From: Piromyces finnis finn
Lineage: Eukaryota > Fungi > Neocallimastigomycota
Assembly (NCBI GenBank): GCA_002104945.1
Contig: MCFH01000073.1
Coordinates: forward strand, 124,001-188,000
Direction of reading: 5' to 3'
DNA length: 64,000 nt
Shown here in pieces: positions 27,520 to 40,780 of this stretch. Positions within the stretch are counted from its first letter, which is position 1; each line of letters begins with the position of its first letter. The notes below the pieces were generated by a model. That model had not been told where the DNA came from. It worked only from the letters and a program-made list of their open reading frames with translations, and searched no databases. The position numbers and the translations under genes were made by a program.

Positions 27520-30500
27520 GGCATCAAATATTTTAAACTTTATTATTAATTTAATTAAAATTATAATACATGTAATATAAAAATTAAAATAAAATAAAAA
27601 TAAAAAAAATATGTTTAAATAAACACAAATGAATAAAAATTGGGTATAATGTATTCTAGTAATTTTAATTAAAGTAAGAAAGCCACTATTATACTAAAGT
27701 ATAATAATTGTATTTGACTTCCAATGGGACACCGAGCCAAAGATCAAAATTTTATCATGGGACAAAATTATGATCTCCATTGGTTGCGCTGGCCCTCCTG
27801 GCCTGTCTTACTGTTTCTTCAGCATTGACGCTCTTGGATGTTGCTTCAAACCTTTTGAACATTGACCATTGCTGGCCAATAGCAAAAGGCATGATTTTGG
27901 TTAGAAGTTCCGCGGTTACCGTCAAGAATGGTGTTCCTTCGTTAGTACCAGATTGAATCTGACGCTTACAAAGTTCTTTCCATTCCCTTGAATTGTAATT
28001 GATATTGTTAAAACTTCTTCCCCCAAGAAGGAATTTAAATATTTTACTGCACACACTAGAATAATCATACACATTAATATTCACCGGATTATTAGAACTA
28101 TTACTATCATTAACTAAATTACTATCTAAATTAGAATTATTATCTTCACTATTGCTATCATTACTAATATTATTATTTCTATTACTACTATTGTTATTAT
28201 TACTATTTCTATTATTACTATTACTACTATTGTTATTATTACTATTGTTATTATTACTATTAATATTATTACTATCTCTACTGATATTATCAATTTCATT
28301 ATTATTGATAGGACTATTGGAATTACGTTGACTGAAAAAATTTAATAGCTGGACTATGGAATCATAATGTTTAATACGGATATCTCTAAATGTTGGACAA
28401 TCTAATAACCAATGTTTAATACTTTGATCTCCACACTTGCAACATGGACAGTAGTTAGGACAAACTGGATCAACAAATTTGGCAGCTTTGGCAACTCTAG
28501 CATCCAACTTGTATCCGCTTCTTGCTTTCAATAGCCAGTAGAAGCCATAGGCAAACTCTGGGTATTCATAACATAATTTAATAAAATCTTTAGTTTCAAT
28601 AAATTTATTATCATCATAATATTGCGCTTTGATTGAATTCCCTTTGAGATCTTTCCAATAAAAGTTTTTAACTGCTTTAACATCTCCATGTTTCTTTAGT
28701 TTTTTATCAAGTGTCCTACTTGATTTGCACCACGTGTATTTTCTAAATTTAGGAATGTAATTGACAAGGTGTGAGATAATACAATTTGAGTTTTTCCATT
28801 TGTTAAAACATCTAACCTGAGCTAACGCACATTTGGCTGACAATGGAGGAATATTCAAATCTTTTGAGATAGAGTATAAAGATATAAACGATACAGCTTT
28901 ATGAACTCCGGCAACCCATCGTATTCCTTTGTTAACATGCTTCTGAGCAATCCTAGACCTAGCTTTGTTGGATCCAAGTAATGGTGCAAAGTATGAAACT
29001 CTGCTAATCACTTGAGAGTTAAGTACTAGTTTTTTGAAAGGAATAGGAATATTAGGATTTCTTAAGAATTTACTGACTGAGAAAAGCCCTTTCAAAACCT
29101 TGTTATTAAGAGCTTTAATTACTGGTTTAAGGGACAGATTCTTATCAAATGGAACACCAAGATAAGTGTAGCAGTCAGTAGTTGGAATGGGTTGTCCTGC
29201 TAAGTAAAATGTTGGATCTCTCTTGTTCTGATTTTCTATTGATTCAGGACGAATCACCATCGTTGAACATTTCTGGATACCAAATTCCATTTCATTATAC
29301 AAGGCCCATTCATTAACTCTTCTAAGCATCTTTTTTAAGCATCCTCTTGTTGGAGCACAAATAACTATATCATCTGCAAAAAGTCCACCACAGCATCGAG
29401 TGTCACCTAAACTGACTCCGAGATCTTCACACTCTTTAAATATATCATTAATAAAGAGATTAAAAAGAATAGGCGAAAGTGGGCAACCTTGACGGACTCC
29501 TTTCTTCACATCAAAAGATTTCGAGAATTGTCCATCTAATTTGACATTAGCCTTAGATGTTAAATATAAATTTTTGATAAATTGTAAACTCTTACCTCGG
29601 ATTCCTAAACAATCTAATTTATGGAGAATATTACCGATTGGGACTGAATCGTATGCTTTCCTGAGATCTAAAAAGGCCAAATATGTCTCTGTATTATCTA
29701 ATTGACGTCTACGGCATATTTCTTGGATTGAAATGAAAAGACTGATACTTTCTTCCTTTTTTCGAAAACCAAATTGTTCAGGTCTAATGAAATTATTCTT
29801 TAGACCATATTCTGAAATTCTAGTGGTGACAATTTTGGAAATCAACTTAATACCATTATTGATAAGTGATATACCTCGATAGTTATCACAATCTGTCAAA
29901 TCTCCCTTCTTAGGAATAGAAACAATACTGGATTCATTCCATGAGTTGGGGAAGTCTCCATCCCAAATACGGTTGAATAATTTAAGAATAAAATTTAAAC
30001 CATGAGCGTCATTATCTGAAGTGGTATTACCAGAAGAATTATTATCTGTAGCATTATTAGAATCATTACTTGATGGAATTAATGCTTTGTAAAATTCAAT
30101 TGGAATACCATCCGGACCTGATGCTTTATAATTCGGAGTAGAGAGGATAGCTGACTTGACTTCATCAATACTAATATCTTGGTTGATATCCCACTCATCA
30201 AGCATAGGAAGTGAAAAACGTTTATTCGTTGGTTCTTCATACCAATGCTCTAAATCAAGACTTACACCACTTGGATCTGATGCAAGGTTTTCGAAATGAT
30301 CATGCCACACTTCTAGTTGTTCTTCCGTAGCAACAACTAATTCTCCATTTTTATTTTTAATTGGTTGAGCAATAAAGAAAGAATCTTTTCCAATTTTTGC
30401 AGTTTTCTTGATCCATTTCCAGGCCTTCTTAGGATTATGACTCTTCATATACTCACATCCTGTTTTAATCCAATGAAGATATTCTTGCTTCCTAAATTCA

Positions 30501-33172
30501 TTACATCTTTTGTGGATGTAATCAATGAGCTTACGGTAGATTTTAATTCGTTTAATAAATTCATCTATATCATAAATTCTTTCTTTTTTAAATCTCTTAT
30601 ACAACTTCATTTTGATTTTTTGGAGATTAAAAATTTGTTGTGAAATATGAAATGAAGACTTTATAACATTATTTGCTGAAGTAATACTGAGCTCGTCTGC
30701 AATTGAAAAAGCAGTTGAAGTAAACTCTTTGGAAAGTTCATCTGTAGAAACATTAGGATCGTTGAATTTTGCTGAAAGAATTTGGAATTTATTATGACTG
30801 ATAATAGATTCCTTTTCCTCAATACATTTTAATCTATTCCATTTCAGAATTTTCTTAGGAACATTAAAGTCATTAGAAAAATCTTCCATAGGAATAATTT
30901 TACCATTAATAAGAAGTGGCTTATGGTCTGATACAGGATAAAAATTATTTATAAATGATCCTGAGTGAATAAGATCTTTCATCTTCGAATTGATAAGAGC
31001 ATGGTCAATGTCGGAAGATTGATCACCTCGAGTCCAAGAGATAGTAGACCCTCTAAGCGGAAGAATTTCCCAATCTCCTAATCCATTAGTTGATAACCAG
31101 TTGGATAATTTTACTTTAGACATATTAAAATCACCAACAAGAATCGATGGATGGGATGAATGAGTTTGTAACCACAAGCGAACTTCTAACTTTGCATGAT
31201 CAACATAGATGTTGTGATGACTATGAGGCATATAAACATTACCAATCGAGCATTTGAATCTATTCCAGAGACTAAAAGTATAAATAGAAATAATATACTT
31301 TCCAGAGAAGTTTTCAAGTGAGGCTTGACATGAATTATGAAAACCTAAATATAAACCTCTCATTCCAGGAACTGATTCGTCAGCTTTCTTGAAAAAGTGT
31401 CTATAGTTTCGCAAAGTAACACGACAAGGATAATCTGTATTCGAACCAGAACCATTACCAGTTTCTTGGAAACATAAAAATAATGGTTTGAAAATAGCTG
31501 TGAAATAGCTAATACTATCTCTCTTTTCATGATTCCACCCATTGGTGTTCCAACTAAGACAAAAAGAAAAGTTATCAGGCTTGTTGGATGAGGAAGAATC
31601 GTTGCTATTATTATTATTATCAAGGTCATCATTATTAATGGATGATGCATCAGAGGAATAAGTAGAACTATTACTAGATGGCTGTGAAACTGAAGAACTA
31701 TCAACTATTGAACTGTTATCAGAGTTGATAGAGCTATTAGAATTAATTGTTGAATGTTGAGATTGAAATTGTGTTTGCTGTAGATCTGGAATATTTTCAT
31801 GATGGGAAACTTGTTGAAGATCTTGTTGAAGATCTTGTTGAAGATCGGATTGTTGATGAGATTGTTGAACTGATTGTTGAAATGATTGTTGAATAGAATG
31901 TTGATGTTTATTAGAAACTAAAATTTTACGTTTGAGTGTAGAAAAAGTGTATTTGTGATTCCTTCTACTACGAGCTGAAAAGGAAATTGAGGTAACTGAA
32001 AGTTTCTTCTTTAACATGTGTAAGATTTTAATACAATCTTTTGATGAACCATGAACCTTGACTAAGAAAAAGTGATCATTGAAAGTTTGAAAATATTTAA
32101 CACTAATAACTGAATTAAATTTATCTTCTAGAATAACCTCGAGTTTTTCCCATAGCATATTTACTGACCATGATCGAATACCACGGATAAAGAAGGAGCG
32201 AATATCATCTAAGGGGATACCATAAGACCGGGTACCACGTCTGATATAATTCTTATCTTTAATATAAAGGACTGACATGATAATAAATTCTAATTAAAAA
32301 ATATTGAATATAAAATAAATACTAATAAAAATTATAAATATAACGTATATGGAAAAAATCTGTCTCTCTCTCTCTTCTTAAAAGTACTGGATAGTACAAA
32401 AATTGTTACGATGCTTTGTTTAAAGTTTCATTTTTTTTTGAATTCTAGTTGTAAATTTTCTTTAAAAATTCTAGTTTTGGTTTGTTGTTAGTAAATTCGA
32501 TTCGCTTTTTGACACTAAAATTGTTTGACTTTACTTTTCATTAAATATTTAAATTGGTAAAAAATTTGAATCAAGAATGTCGACACCAGAAAGCTTGTGA
32601 ATAGTATTTTTACATGATGTAGAGTGAATCAGTCTCTTACAAGAAACAATACAACAATAGCTACATGAATATAAAAATACAATGCAAATGCTAAAGTTGA
32701 CTACATTGGATTCTTACAAGAGAAGAGTAGTACTACATGAATACATGAATAAAAGAAAAAAATACAGCAACAAAATGTATTACTCTTCTAATTAAATACT
32801 ATACAAACTTACCTGAGTATCAAACATTCAACTTATTCATCAAATACTTAAATTCGATGAATAAAATGTTTTTTAATCGCTCAGTACCATGAGCTTAGTC
32901 CTAATAATTTTCCCTTAAAGACTAACCAAGCATCCATTGCGCAATGCTTGGATTTAATTCTTTCTACTCTCTCAGTACCATGAGCATGAGTAGACCCCCT
33001 TGATAAACTCCATTTATTAAATAAATGAAGGCACGTTCCTAAGAGGGCACCAAGCATCCATTGCGCAATACTTGGATTTAATTCTTTCTACTCTCTCAGT
33101 ACCATGAGCATGAGTAGACCCCCTTGAGAAACTACATTTATTAAATAAATGAAGGCACGTTCCCAAGAGGGA
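27481..33172 (-). mobile_element. Full-length non-LTR retrotransposon (LINE), copy 1
   Basis: Poly(T) at 27481-27516 is the poly(A) tail. The element has a ~240-nt 3'UTR, a single 1507-aa ORF and a ~900-nt 5'UTR beginning TCCCTCTTGGGAAC, bounded by a 15-bp TSD. Near-identical to 41475-47159. Confidence 0.96.
27755..32278 (-). CDS. LINE polyprotein: N-terminal extension + APE endonuclease + reverse transcriptase + C-terminal Cys/His knuckle
   Basis: APE motifs SWNTNG, FQET, GDFN, SDIDH, SDHKP. RT motifs SGPDG, IPKKGD, NYRGISL, QFGFR, FLDLRKAYDSV, GVRQGCPLSPILFNLFIND, FADD, YTYLG. C-terminal CPCCKCGDQSIKHWLLDC. Confidence 0.96.
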   Translation of the reverse strand: MSVLYIKDKNYIRRGTRSYGIPLDDIRSFFIRGIRSWSVNMLWEKLEVILEDKFNSVISVKYFQTFNDHFFLVKVHGSSKDCIKILHMLKKKLSVTSISFSARSRRNHKYTFSTLKRKILVSNKHQHSIQQSFQQSVQQSHQQSDLQQDLQQDLQQVSHHENIPDLQQTQFQSQHSTINSNSSINSDNSSIVDSSSVSQPSSNSSTYSSDASSINNDDLDNNNNSNDSSSSNKPDNFSFCLSWNTNGWNHEKRDSISYFTAIFKPLFLCFQETGNGSGSNTDYPCRVTLRNYRHFFKKADESVPGMRGLYLGFHNSCQASLENFSGKYIISIYTFSLWNRFKCSIGNVYMPHSHHNIYVDHAKLEVRLWLQTHSSHPSILVGDFNMSKVKLSNWLSTNGLGDWEILPLRGSTISWTRGDQSSDIDHALINSKMKDLIHSGSFINNFYPVSDHKPLLINGKIIPMEDFSNDFNVPKKILKWNRLKCIEEKESIISHNKFQILSAKFNDPNVSTDELSKEFTSTAFSIADELSITSANNVIKSSFHISQQIFNLQKIKMKLYKRFKKERIYDIDEFIKRIKIYRKLIDYIHKRCNEFRKQEYLHWIKTGCEYMKSHNPKKAWKWIKKTAKIGKDSFFIAQPIKNKNGELVVATEEQLEVWHDHFENLASDPSGVSLDLEHWYEEPTNKRFSLPMLDEWDINQDISIDEVKSAILSTPNYKASGPDGIPIEFYKALIPSSNDSNNATDNNSSGNTTSDNDAHGLNFILKLFNRIWDGDFPNSWNESSIVSIPKKGDLTDCDNYRGISLINNGIKLISKIVTTRISEYGLKNNFIRPEQFGFRKKEESISLFISIQEICRRRQLDNTETYLAFLDLRKAYDSVPIGNILHKLDCLGIRGKSLQFIKNLYLTSKANVKLDGQFSKSFDVKKGVRQGCPLSPILFNLFINDIFKECEDLGVSLGDTRCCGGLFADDIVICAPTRGCLKKMLRRVNEWALYNEMEFGIQKCSTMVIRPESIENQNKRDPTFYLAGQPIPTTDCYTYLGVPFDKNLSLKPVIKALNNKVLKGLFSVSKFLRNPNIPIPFKKLVLNSQVISRVSYFAPLLGSNKARSRIAQKHVNKGIRWVAGVHKAVSFISLYSISKDLNIPPLSAKCALAQVRCFNKWKNSNCIISHLVNYIPKFRKYTWCKSSRTLDKKLKKHGDVKAVKNFYWKDLKGNSIKAQYYDDNKFIETKDFIKLCYEYPEFAYGFYWLLKARSGYKLDARVAKAAKFVDPVCPNYCPCCKCGDQSIKHWLLDCPTFRDIRIKHYDSIVQLLNFFSQRNSNSPINNNEIDNISRDSNNINSNNNNSNNNNSSNSNNRNSNNNNSSNRNNNISNDSNSEDNNSNLDSNLVNDSNSSNNPVNINVYDYSSVCSKIFKFLLGGRSFNNINYNSREWKELCKRQIQSGTNEGTPFLTVTAELLTKIMPFAIGQQWSMFKRFEATSKSVNAEETVRQARRASATNGDHNFVP

Positions 33173-33271
33173 ACTTTTAAAACTATTACTTTTAATGGAA
33201 TACAAAATGTTTTAAAAAAAAAAAAGATTTGATCTAGAATTAAAAAAAATTTAACGGCGGTTTATTTTATG

Positions 33272-33460
33272 TTAGATCTTTATTATTCTAATTATTATTA
33301 TTCTAATTATTCTAATTATTATTCTAATTAGATCTTTATTATTCTAATTATTATTATTCTAATTATTCTAATTATTATTCTAATTAGATCTTTATTATAC
33401 TAATTATTATTATTCTAATTAGATCTTTATTATTATTATTATTCTAATTATTCTAATTAT
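33272..33460. repeat. ~56-bp minisatellite (AGATCT + TTATTATTCTAATT subunits)
   Basis: AGATCT at 33274, 33330, 33386 and 33421, separated by repeated (ATT)nCTAATT blocks. Confidence 0.85.
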
Positions 33461-33984
33461 TTATTTCTATTATTACTCTAACTACTATTTTTATTATAAT
33501 AATCTATCTTGTTTATTTCTTTTATTATTATTATTTAATATTATCTTTTTTTTTATTTTTAACTATTTAGTAAAGTTTAATTATTATATTTTTTTAAATT
33601 TTAATTTTTAAAAATGAGGATAAAACTCTAATAAATAATAAAATTAATTTTTAATTTATTGTTTTTAATTTATTTTATATTAATTAAATTAAAAAAATAT
33701 TAAAATTCTTAGGGTTACACAATATTTTTTTGAAAATAAAAAAATTTTTTTTTTTTTAATTTTTTTATATTTTCATTTCAAAAAAAAAAAAGTTTTTTGC
33801 TGATTTTTATTAATAAATAATAAATAAAATAAAAAAGAAATTTTATTTTTTATTTATTAATAAAGAAAAGAAAAAAAAAAAGTGAAAGGAAATAAAAAGA
33901 AAAAGAAACTTTACACTATAATAAAAATAAAAAAAAAATAAAGAAAAAATTAAAAAAAAAAAAAATTAAAAAAATTTTTCAAAA

Positions 33985-36490
33985 ATGAAGAGTTTAGTTA
34001 TTTTCACATTTTTAGCAATGGCATTCAATGCCTTACTTGTTCAATCAAAAGGTTGGTAAATAAAAGATACTTTTTATGATAGATACAATTTGCAATAAAT
34101 AAATTATATATTTCAATATTTTTGTAATTTTTATGTAAATGACATAATTTGGCAAAATAAAGTGATGATAAAATTACTAAATATTAAATATTCCATTTTT
34201 TATAAAATCAACAACTTTTATGAATGAATGAATAATGAATAAATGAATAAAAAAAAAAAAGTAACTTTCAAGGTTATTGCTGTCTCTGGAACTCCTTCAG
34301 TTGTTATTAACAAAAAAAAATATACAATGAAGGTGGAAGAATATCCAGTTTATTCAGTTACTGTTGATGTTAATGCTCCAGTAAATTATCACTATGCTTT
34401 AGGTTCTGAAGAAGAATCCTTTACTCGTACTCTATCCAGTGGAACAACTACTTTAAATGAATTTTTTAAAAGAAAGGTTACTGTAAAGAAACATCCACTT
34501 TTACCAAAGGCTTATGATACCTTTTCAACCCTTAAACAATCAAAACTTTTTGATGGTTTGTATTTTATAAATAGATTATTTTATAAAGATATATATATGT
34601 AATTTCAAAAAAAAAAAAGTCCTGTGATAATATATTATTATAATATCCTATCTCATCAATTCTTCTATCATCCTCTATCATTGTTGAAATATAATGATTA
34701 AAATTTATTATGTTTTGTTGTTGTATGATTGATTATGTAGATACTCATGTTGCTACCATTCTTATCGAAGCTAATCAAAGTCAAATAACTTCTTTACACA
34801 AAAATGTTAGAAGTACAACCAAGGTTGATGCCAAGATTTATTATGTTTCGTAAATATCAAAAAAGTATAGTTTTTTTTTCTCCTTTAAAAAAAAAATAAA
34901 AAATATTAATGAAAATTTTTTAATTTATATACCTCTATAGTCCATACAATGTCAAGGTTTTCCCAAATGCTAAAATTGCTCTTAGTGGTCAATCTGTAAG
35001 TTTTTTTTTTTTTTTATAAAAAAAAATTATTTTTATTTTTGAAATGTTCATGAAAGTAATAATAATCCATCTTTATACTATATATAAATATATATATAAA
35101 AATGATTGAATTTCTTTATAAATTCTTTTTTTTCGAAAAAAAAATAAAGACTATCTATAACAAAAAACTTAGTTACAAAATTTCTGATCTTAAAACTAGT
35201 GATGACAAAGAATTATATGGTCGTTCTACCCTCAAGTTAAGAGCAGAATATGTTGATCCATCTTTCATGAGAGAAAAAACTTATTTGGATATGTTAAATG
35301 CTGTTGGTGCTCCAACTGCTCAAGGTAAATTTGCTCGTGTTTTCATTAATAAGAGTCCAATTGGTTTATTCCTTTTAACCGATGATTTTGATAACAAACA
35401 TTTCCTCAAGAGTACTTTTAATAATGGTGAAAAGTATGCTACCGCCAATGCTATATTCAAGGCTGATGCTGATGGTGATCATTTAGGAGATTTAAAGTAT
35501 CATGGCAGTAGTAGTAGTTATTATGACATTTACTCTTACAAGGGTGATTTAGAAAATGTTAACAAGTCCAAAATGGTAAACGATATTTTAGTTCCATTCT
35601 TACAAGACATTTCAAAATACCCAAGTACTAAAAAATTAAATATGGATACCTATGCTTTCTTAAGATCTATGGCTGTTGAATTTCTTGGTTATGCTCCAGA
35701 TAATTTCTGGCAAACTCCAGGTAATTTTTATTTATTCAAGGACAACAGTAAGAACAAATGGTTCTTTATCGATAGTGATTTTGATATGACTTTTGGTCAT
35801 GGTAATCCTCAATTTATTGTTTCCTCCTCTCTCAATAATTTCTTAGACAAGAAATCAAACAAGTCTAGACCACTTCTTGATAATCTCAGAAAGGATTCTT
35901 CCCATAATAAATATTTAAATAATGTTATTCAAAGAATGCTTCAAACCTGTTTTAATATTAATGCTGCTGGTCCACGTATTGATTCTTTTGCCGAATTAAT
36001 TAAGGAAGATGCTTTATGGGATTTCAAATTATCCAGAGTCAATACATATACCGGTCATTCCATTACCACCTATAATTATTCTGAATCTGATTTTACCCGT
36101 GAAATCAGTAACACTTCCAAGGCTACCTATCCATATCCAATTAAAAAGTGGATTATTGACAGAAGTAAGAATGTTGCTTCTCAACACAAAATTTCTGTCC
36201 CATCTACTCCAAAAACCGATCTTGGTTACTTTATTCCAGAATATGAAACTGTAAGTGATCATGTTACCACTAGTAGTCCTGTTGTCAATGCCCCAACAAC
36301 CAAGGTCACCACCACTAAAGTCATTACTATGACTACTACTAAGGCTTCCCTTCCAACTTCAACTGATCAATGTGGTTCTGGTGTTGCTGTTTGTGCTTCT
36401 AACCTTTGTTGTAGTAAATATGGTTGGTGTGGTAAAACCAAGGATCATTGTAGTACTGGTTGTCAAAAGGCTTTTGGTCAATGCTGGTAA
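33985..36490 (+). CDS. Secreted CotH-family kinase-domain protein with one C-terminal CBM18 (hevein-like) module
   Basis: Signal-peptide exon [22 protein letters not shown] with GT at ~34052. Fungal CotH N-domain [10 protein letters not shown]...NEFF.R. Kinase-like motifs [30 protein letters not shown]. Thr-rich linker, then CBM18 [38 protein letters not shown]. Confidence 0.88.
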
Positions 36491-36894
36491 AAAAAAAAAA
36501 AAAAAAATGTATAGATATAGATCCTAGCAATATATACAATAGAATTTAAAAAAACATATCATCACCTGTATATACCCTAGTAGACTAGTAGGCATAAAAA
36601 TAATAGAATAAAAAGAAAGAAATAGATTTTCTTTATAAAGAGTTTGTTGATCTAACTCGTAAAAAAAAAAAAAAAAACCCTTTATTGTATTATAAAAATG
36701 AAAAGAAAACAAACAACAAAAAAGTTATCATCCTTCTTTATTAAAAAGTTAATAATTATCCAATCATAAAATAGTTTTTTTTTAAAAAAAAAGAATTATA
36801 GATATATATATATTTATTAAATAAATAAACAATTTTTTGTAAAAAAAAAAAAGAAACAATAGAAATAAATAAATAAGAATATATTTTATTATTT

Positions 36895-36936
<42 letters not shown>

Positions 36937-38147
36937 CAAAAAAAAAAAAAAAAAAAACACAATGCACACATGAATTGTTGTATGTCTATGTGGAGTATAC
37001 AATCACAAAGTTTTTAATTTAAATTTTTTGAAAAATTTCACTTTTTTTTTATATATACAAAATATATTATGATATATATAAACTATTAATTAATCAATAT
37101 GACTAATCCATTATTTTAATAGCAATAATTAATATAATTAATATTAAGAATACTAGTAGTATCATTGTATCATCATCATCATCATTAATAACAATAAATA
37201 ACAAAGAGTAATAACAAATAATAATATAATTAGTGGTATCCTTCATTAGCAATAGATTTCTTTAAATATTATTATTATAAAAAGGTAGAATAAACTTTTT
37301 TTACTCTTTAATTAACTTAAAAATTCATAAACGTTTTATATTTAAAACAAGCAAAAGCAAACTTATCCAATAATAAGTTTTCATTTTAAAAATGAAATAG
37401 AATATTTTTGGACAAAACAAGAACAATTCTAGACTCATGACTTTTTCTTATTTTTGTGTTCAGATGCAATAGACGAAAAAAAAAAAAATGTATATAGATT
37501 TGTTTGTAGTTCTATAGATTATATAAAAAAAAAGGAAAAAAAAAACTTTATTAATTCGTGTGTGAAATAGAAATTTATGTATTAACATCAGAACATGGCA
37601 TGAAGAATACAAAAAAAGTTTGAATTTCTTTTTTACTTTTTTTACTTTTCAAAAGCAGTTTTAAAATGACTTTTCTTTGATACAAAATGATCAAAATTAA
37701 AAAAACTTTTTTTGGTTAAATTAAAGAACTTTATTTAATAATTTTTTTTATTTTTTTGATTTCTAAATAGAAATTTTTAGATTAAAAAAAAGTTTATTAA
37801 ATATAAAAAAAAAAATTTTTTTTGTTACACAAATACCTAAGAAAAAAGAAAAAAGAAAAAGAAAAAAGTAATCAAGCATGTTCCTATAAAAATAAAAAAC
37901 TTTTCTTTTTTTTTGGTTTTTTTTTCTTTTCTTTTCAAAAAAAAAAAAAAAAAAAAAAATAGATTAAATAGAAATAATTAATAATAAAAAAAAAGGAAAG
38001 GAAAGAAAAGAGAAATTATTAATTATTTTATTTTTATTATTAAAAAAAAAAAAAATAAAAAATAAAACAAAATAAAATAAAATAAACTAGAAAATAAAAT
38101 AAACTAGAAAATAAACTAGAAATATAATTATTTAAGTATAAAAAAAA

Positions 38148-40780
38148 ATGAAAAGCTACAAATTTATTAGTGCATTATTATTAGCGGCTAATGCATACGC
38201 TAAAGGTTAGTCACTATTATTGAAAAATAAAAAAAACTCCAAGTCATAGTTTTTTTGAATTCTTCATTAATAATAAATAATATTAATTTAAACCTCCCCA
38301 CATTTTCCTTTTTTTTTTTTTACTCAATAATATAAATAATAGTAACTTTTAAGGTTGTTGCTGTTTCTGGTACTCCTTCTGTTGTTATTAACAACAAATC
38401 TTACAGTATGAAACTTGAACAATATCCGGTATATTCTGTAACTCTTAATGATGTTAATGCTCCAGTAAAGTATAATTATGCTTTAGGTTCAGAAAAAGAA
38501 TCCTTTACCCGTTCTCTTCCTGCTGGATCAGAAAGTACTTTAAACGAATTCTTTAATAGAAGTGTAACCACTTTAAAACATCCACTTTTACCACAAGCTT
38601 TTCCAACTTTCTCTACTCTTAAAAAGTCTAAGCTTTTTGATGGTACATTCTAATCCTAATCAATTATCTAAATATAATTAGTTTATTAAAAATAAATAAT
38701 ATAACAAAATTTAATTATCAATCATTTTATACTAATATTTCTAATTGGACTTTTTTTTAATATTATTATAGATACCAGTGTTGGTACTTTCCTTATTGAA
38801 GGTAGTAGTAGTGATATTAAAAAGTTACACAATAATCCAAATGGTGATACTAAATACAATGTAAAAATTACTTTTGTCACGTAAGAATTGATTTTTTTTT
38901 TTTATGATGATGATGATGATTAAAATTTTTTAGCGTTTTTGATAATGCGAATGATAGTGAATCCTAATATATATTTATTTTTATTTACTTTTTTTTTTTT
39001 CAATTAGTCCTTATAATATTAAGGTCTTTAACAACGGTCAAATTAAGATTAGTGGTCAATCTGTAAGTTTTTTCTTTTATTATTATTATTCTATCCTCTT
39101 GATCTCTTGATAGATAAAATAAAATTTAAGAAAAGTTTGATGTTTTATTAATTTTTTATTCATTCTATTTTTAAATATATATAAATATATAAATATATAT
39201 ATGATTGAAATAATCTTTATTACCCCTCCCATATAATCTCTCTATTATAGACCAAATATAATAAAAAACTTAGTTACAAGATCTCTGGTCTTAAAACTAG
39301 TGATAATAAAGAATTATTTGGTCGTTCTGCTGTAAAGTTAAGAGCTGAATATATTGATCCATCCTTTATGAGAGAAAAGACTTATTTTGATATGTTAAAT
39401 GCTATTGGTGTTCCATCTTCTCAATCAAGACATGTTCGTGTCTTTATTAATAAACAACCTATTGGTTTATTCCTTATGACCGATGATTTCTCCAACAAAC
39501 ATTTCTTAAAAAGTGTTTTCAATAATGGTGAAAAATTCACTGTAGATAATGCTATTTTCAAGGTCGATTCTAACGGTAATTTAAGTTACAAGAAATCTAA
39601 AGATAATCTTGGTCCATACTCTTACGAAGGTGATGATGAAAAAGCAAACAAAAAGGAAATGCTTAATAAAATTTTAGTTCCATTTATGAAAGATGTTGAT
39701 AGTTATCCATCTACTAAAAAGTTAAATCTTGATATTCAAGCTTTCTTAAGAACTATGGCTTTAGAATTCCTTGGTTACGGTACCGATAACTATTGGATGG
39801 TTCAAGGTAATTACTTTATTTTTAAAAATATGGCTAAAAACATGTGGTATTTCATTGATAGTGATTTCGATATGACTTTTGGCCATGGTTCACCAGATAA
39901 GTGTCTTAAGACCACCCTTGATAATTACGTTTTAGTAAAGAATAATGGTAGTTCTAGACCACTTATTGATAATATTAGAAGTGTCTCTTCCAATAACACC
40001 TATTTAAAGAATGCTGTCAAAACTATCATTGAAACTGTATTTAATGTTAATATTGCTGGTCCACGTATTGATTCTTTTGCTAAATTAATTAAGGAAGATG
40101 CTCTCTGGGACTTTGGTTTAAAGAGAATGAGTACTTATACCGGTGGTACTGTTAAGGAAAAGAAATACAGTAAATCTGATTTTGAAAGAGAAATTGGTAA
40201 TACTGGTACTTCTTACCCTTACCCAATTAAAAGATGGATTACTCTCAGAAGTCAAAATGTTGCTTCTCAATTCAACATGTCTATTCCTTCAAAGGCTCCA
40301 AGTAATGCTAAATACTTTGAACCAGAATACGAAACAAAATCCAAGAAGGAATATAATCCATCTGATACTATCGTTGCTACTACCGCTACTTCTGTCGCCC
40401 CAGCTGAACCAACTTCTGATCTTCCAATATCTAAAGATAGATGTGGTCCAGGTGTTGCTGTTTGTGCTTCCGGTTACTGTTGTAGTAAATACGGTTGGTG
40501 TGGTACCACTTCTGATCACTGTGGTACCGGTTGTCAAAGTGAATTTGGTAAATGTTCTGGAAATGCTGCTACCACCACTAAAAAGACTACTACCACTGTT
40601 AAAAAGACCACTACTAAAAAGACCACTACTAAGGCTTCCCTTCCAACTTCAAGAGATGAATGTGGTTCTGGTGTAGCTGTTTGTGCTTCTGGTTATTGTT
40701 GTAGTAAATATGGTTGGTGTGGTAAAACCAAGGATCATTGTAGTACTGGTTGTCAAAAGGCTTTTGGTGAATGCTGGTAA
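38148..40780 (+). CDS. Secreted CotH-family kinase-domain protein with two C-terminal CBM18 modules (tandem paralog)
   Basis: Signal peptide [19 protein letters not shown]. Same exon layout as 33985-36490. Motifs [15 protein letters not shown] and [10 protein letters not shown]. Two CCSKYGWCG modules separated by a Thr/Lys linker. Confidence 0.88.

Noticed and set aside
30365-31704. Antisense and alternate-frame ORFs within the LINE copies (92 aa, 114 aa, 66 aa; repeated at 42936, 43997, 45475, 50494, 51972)
   Set aside because: They recur only because the copies are near-identical; no motifs or independent evidence of coding.
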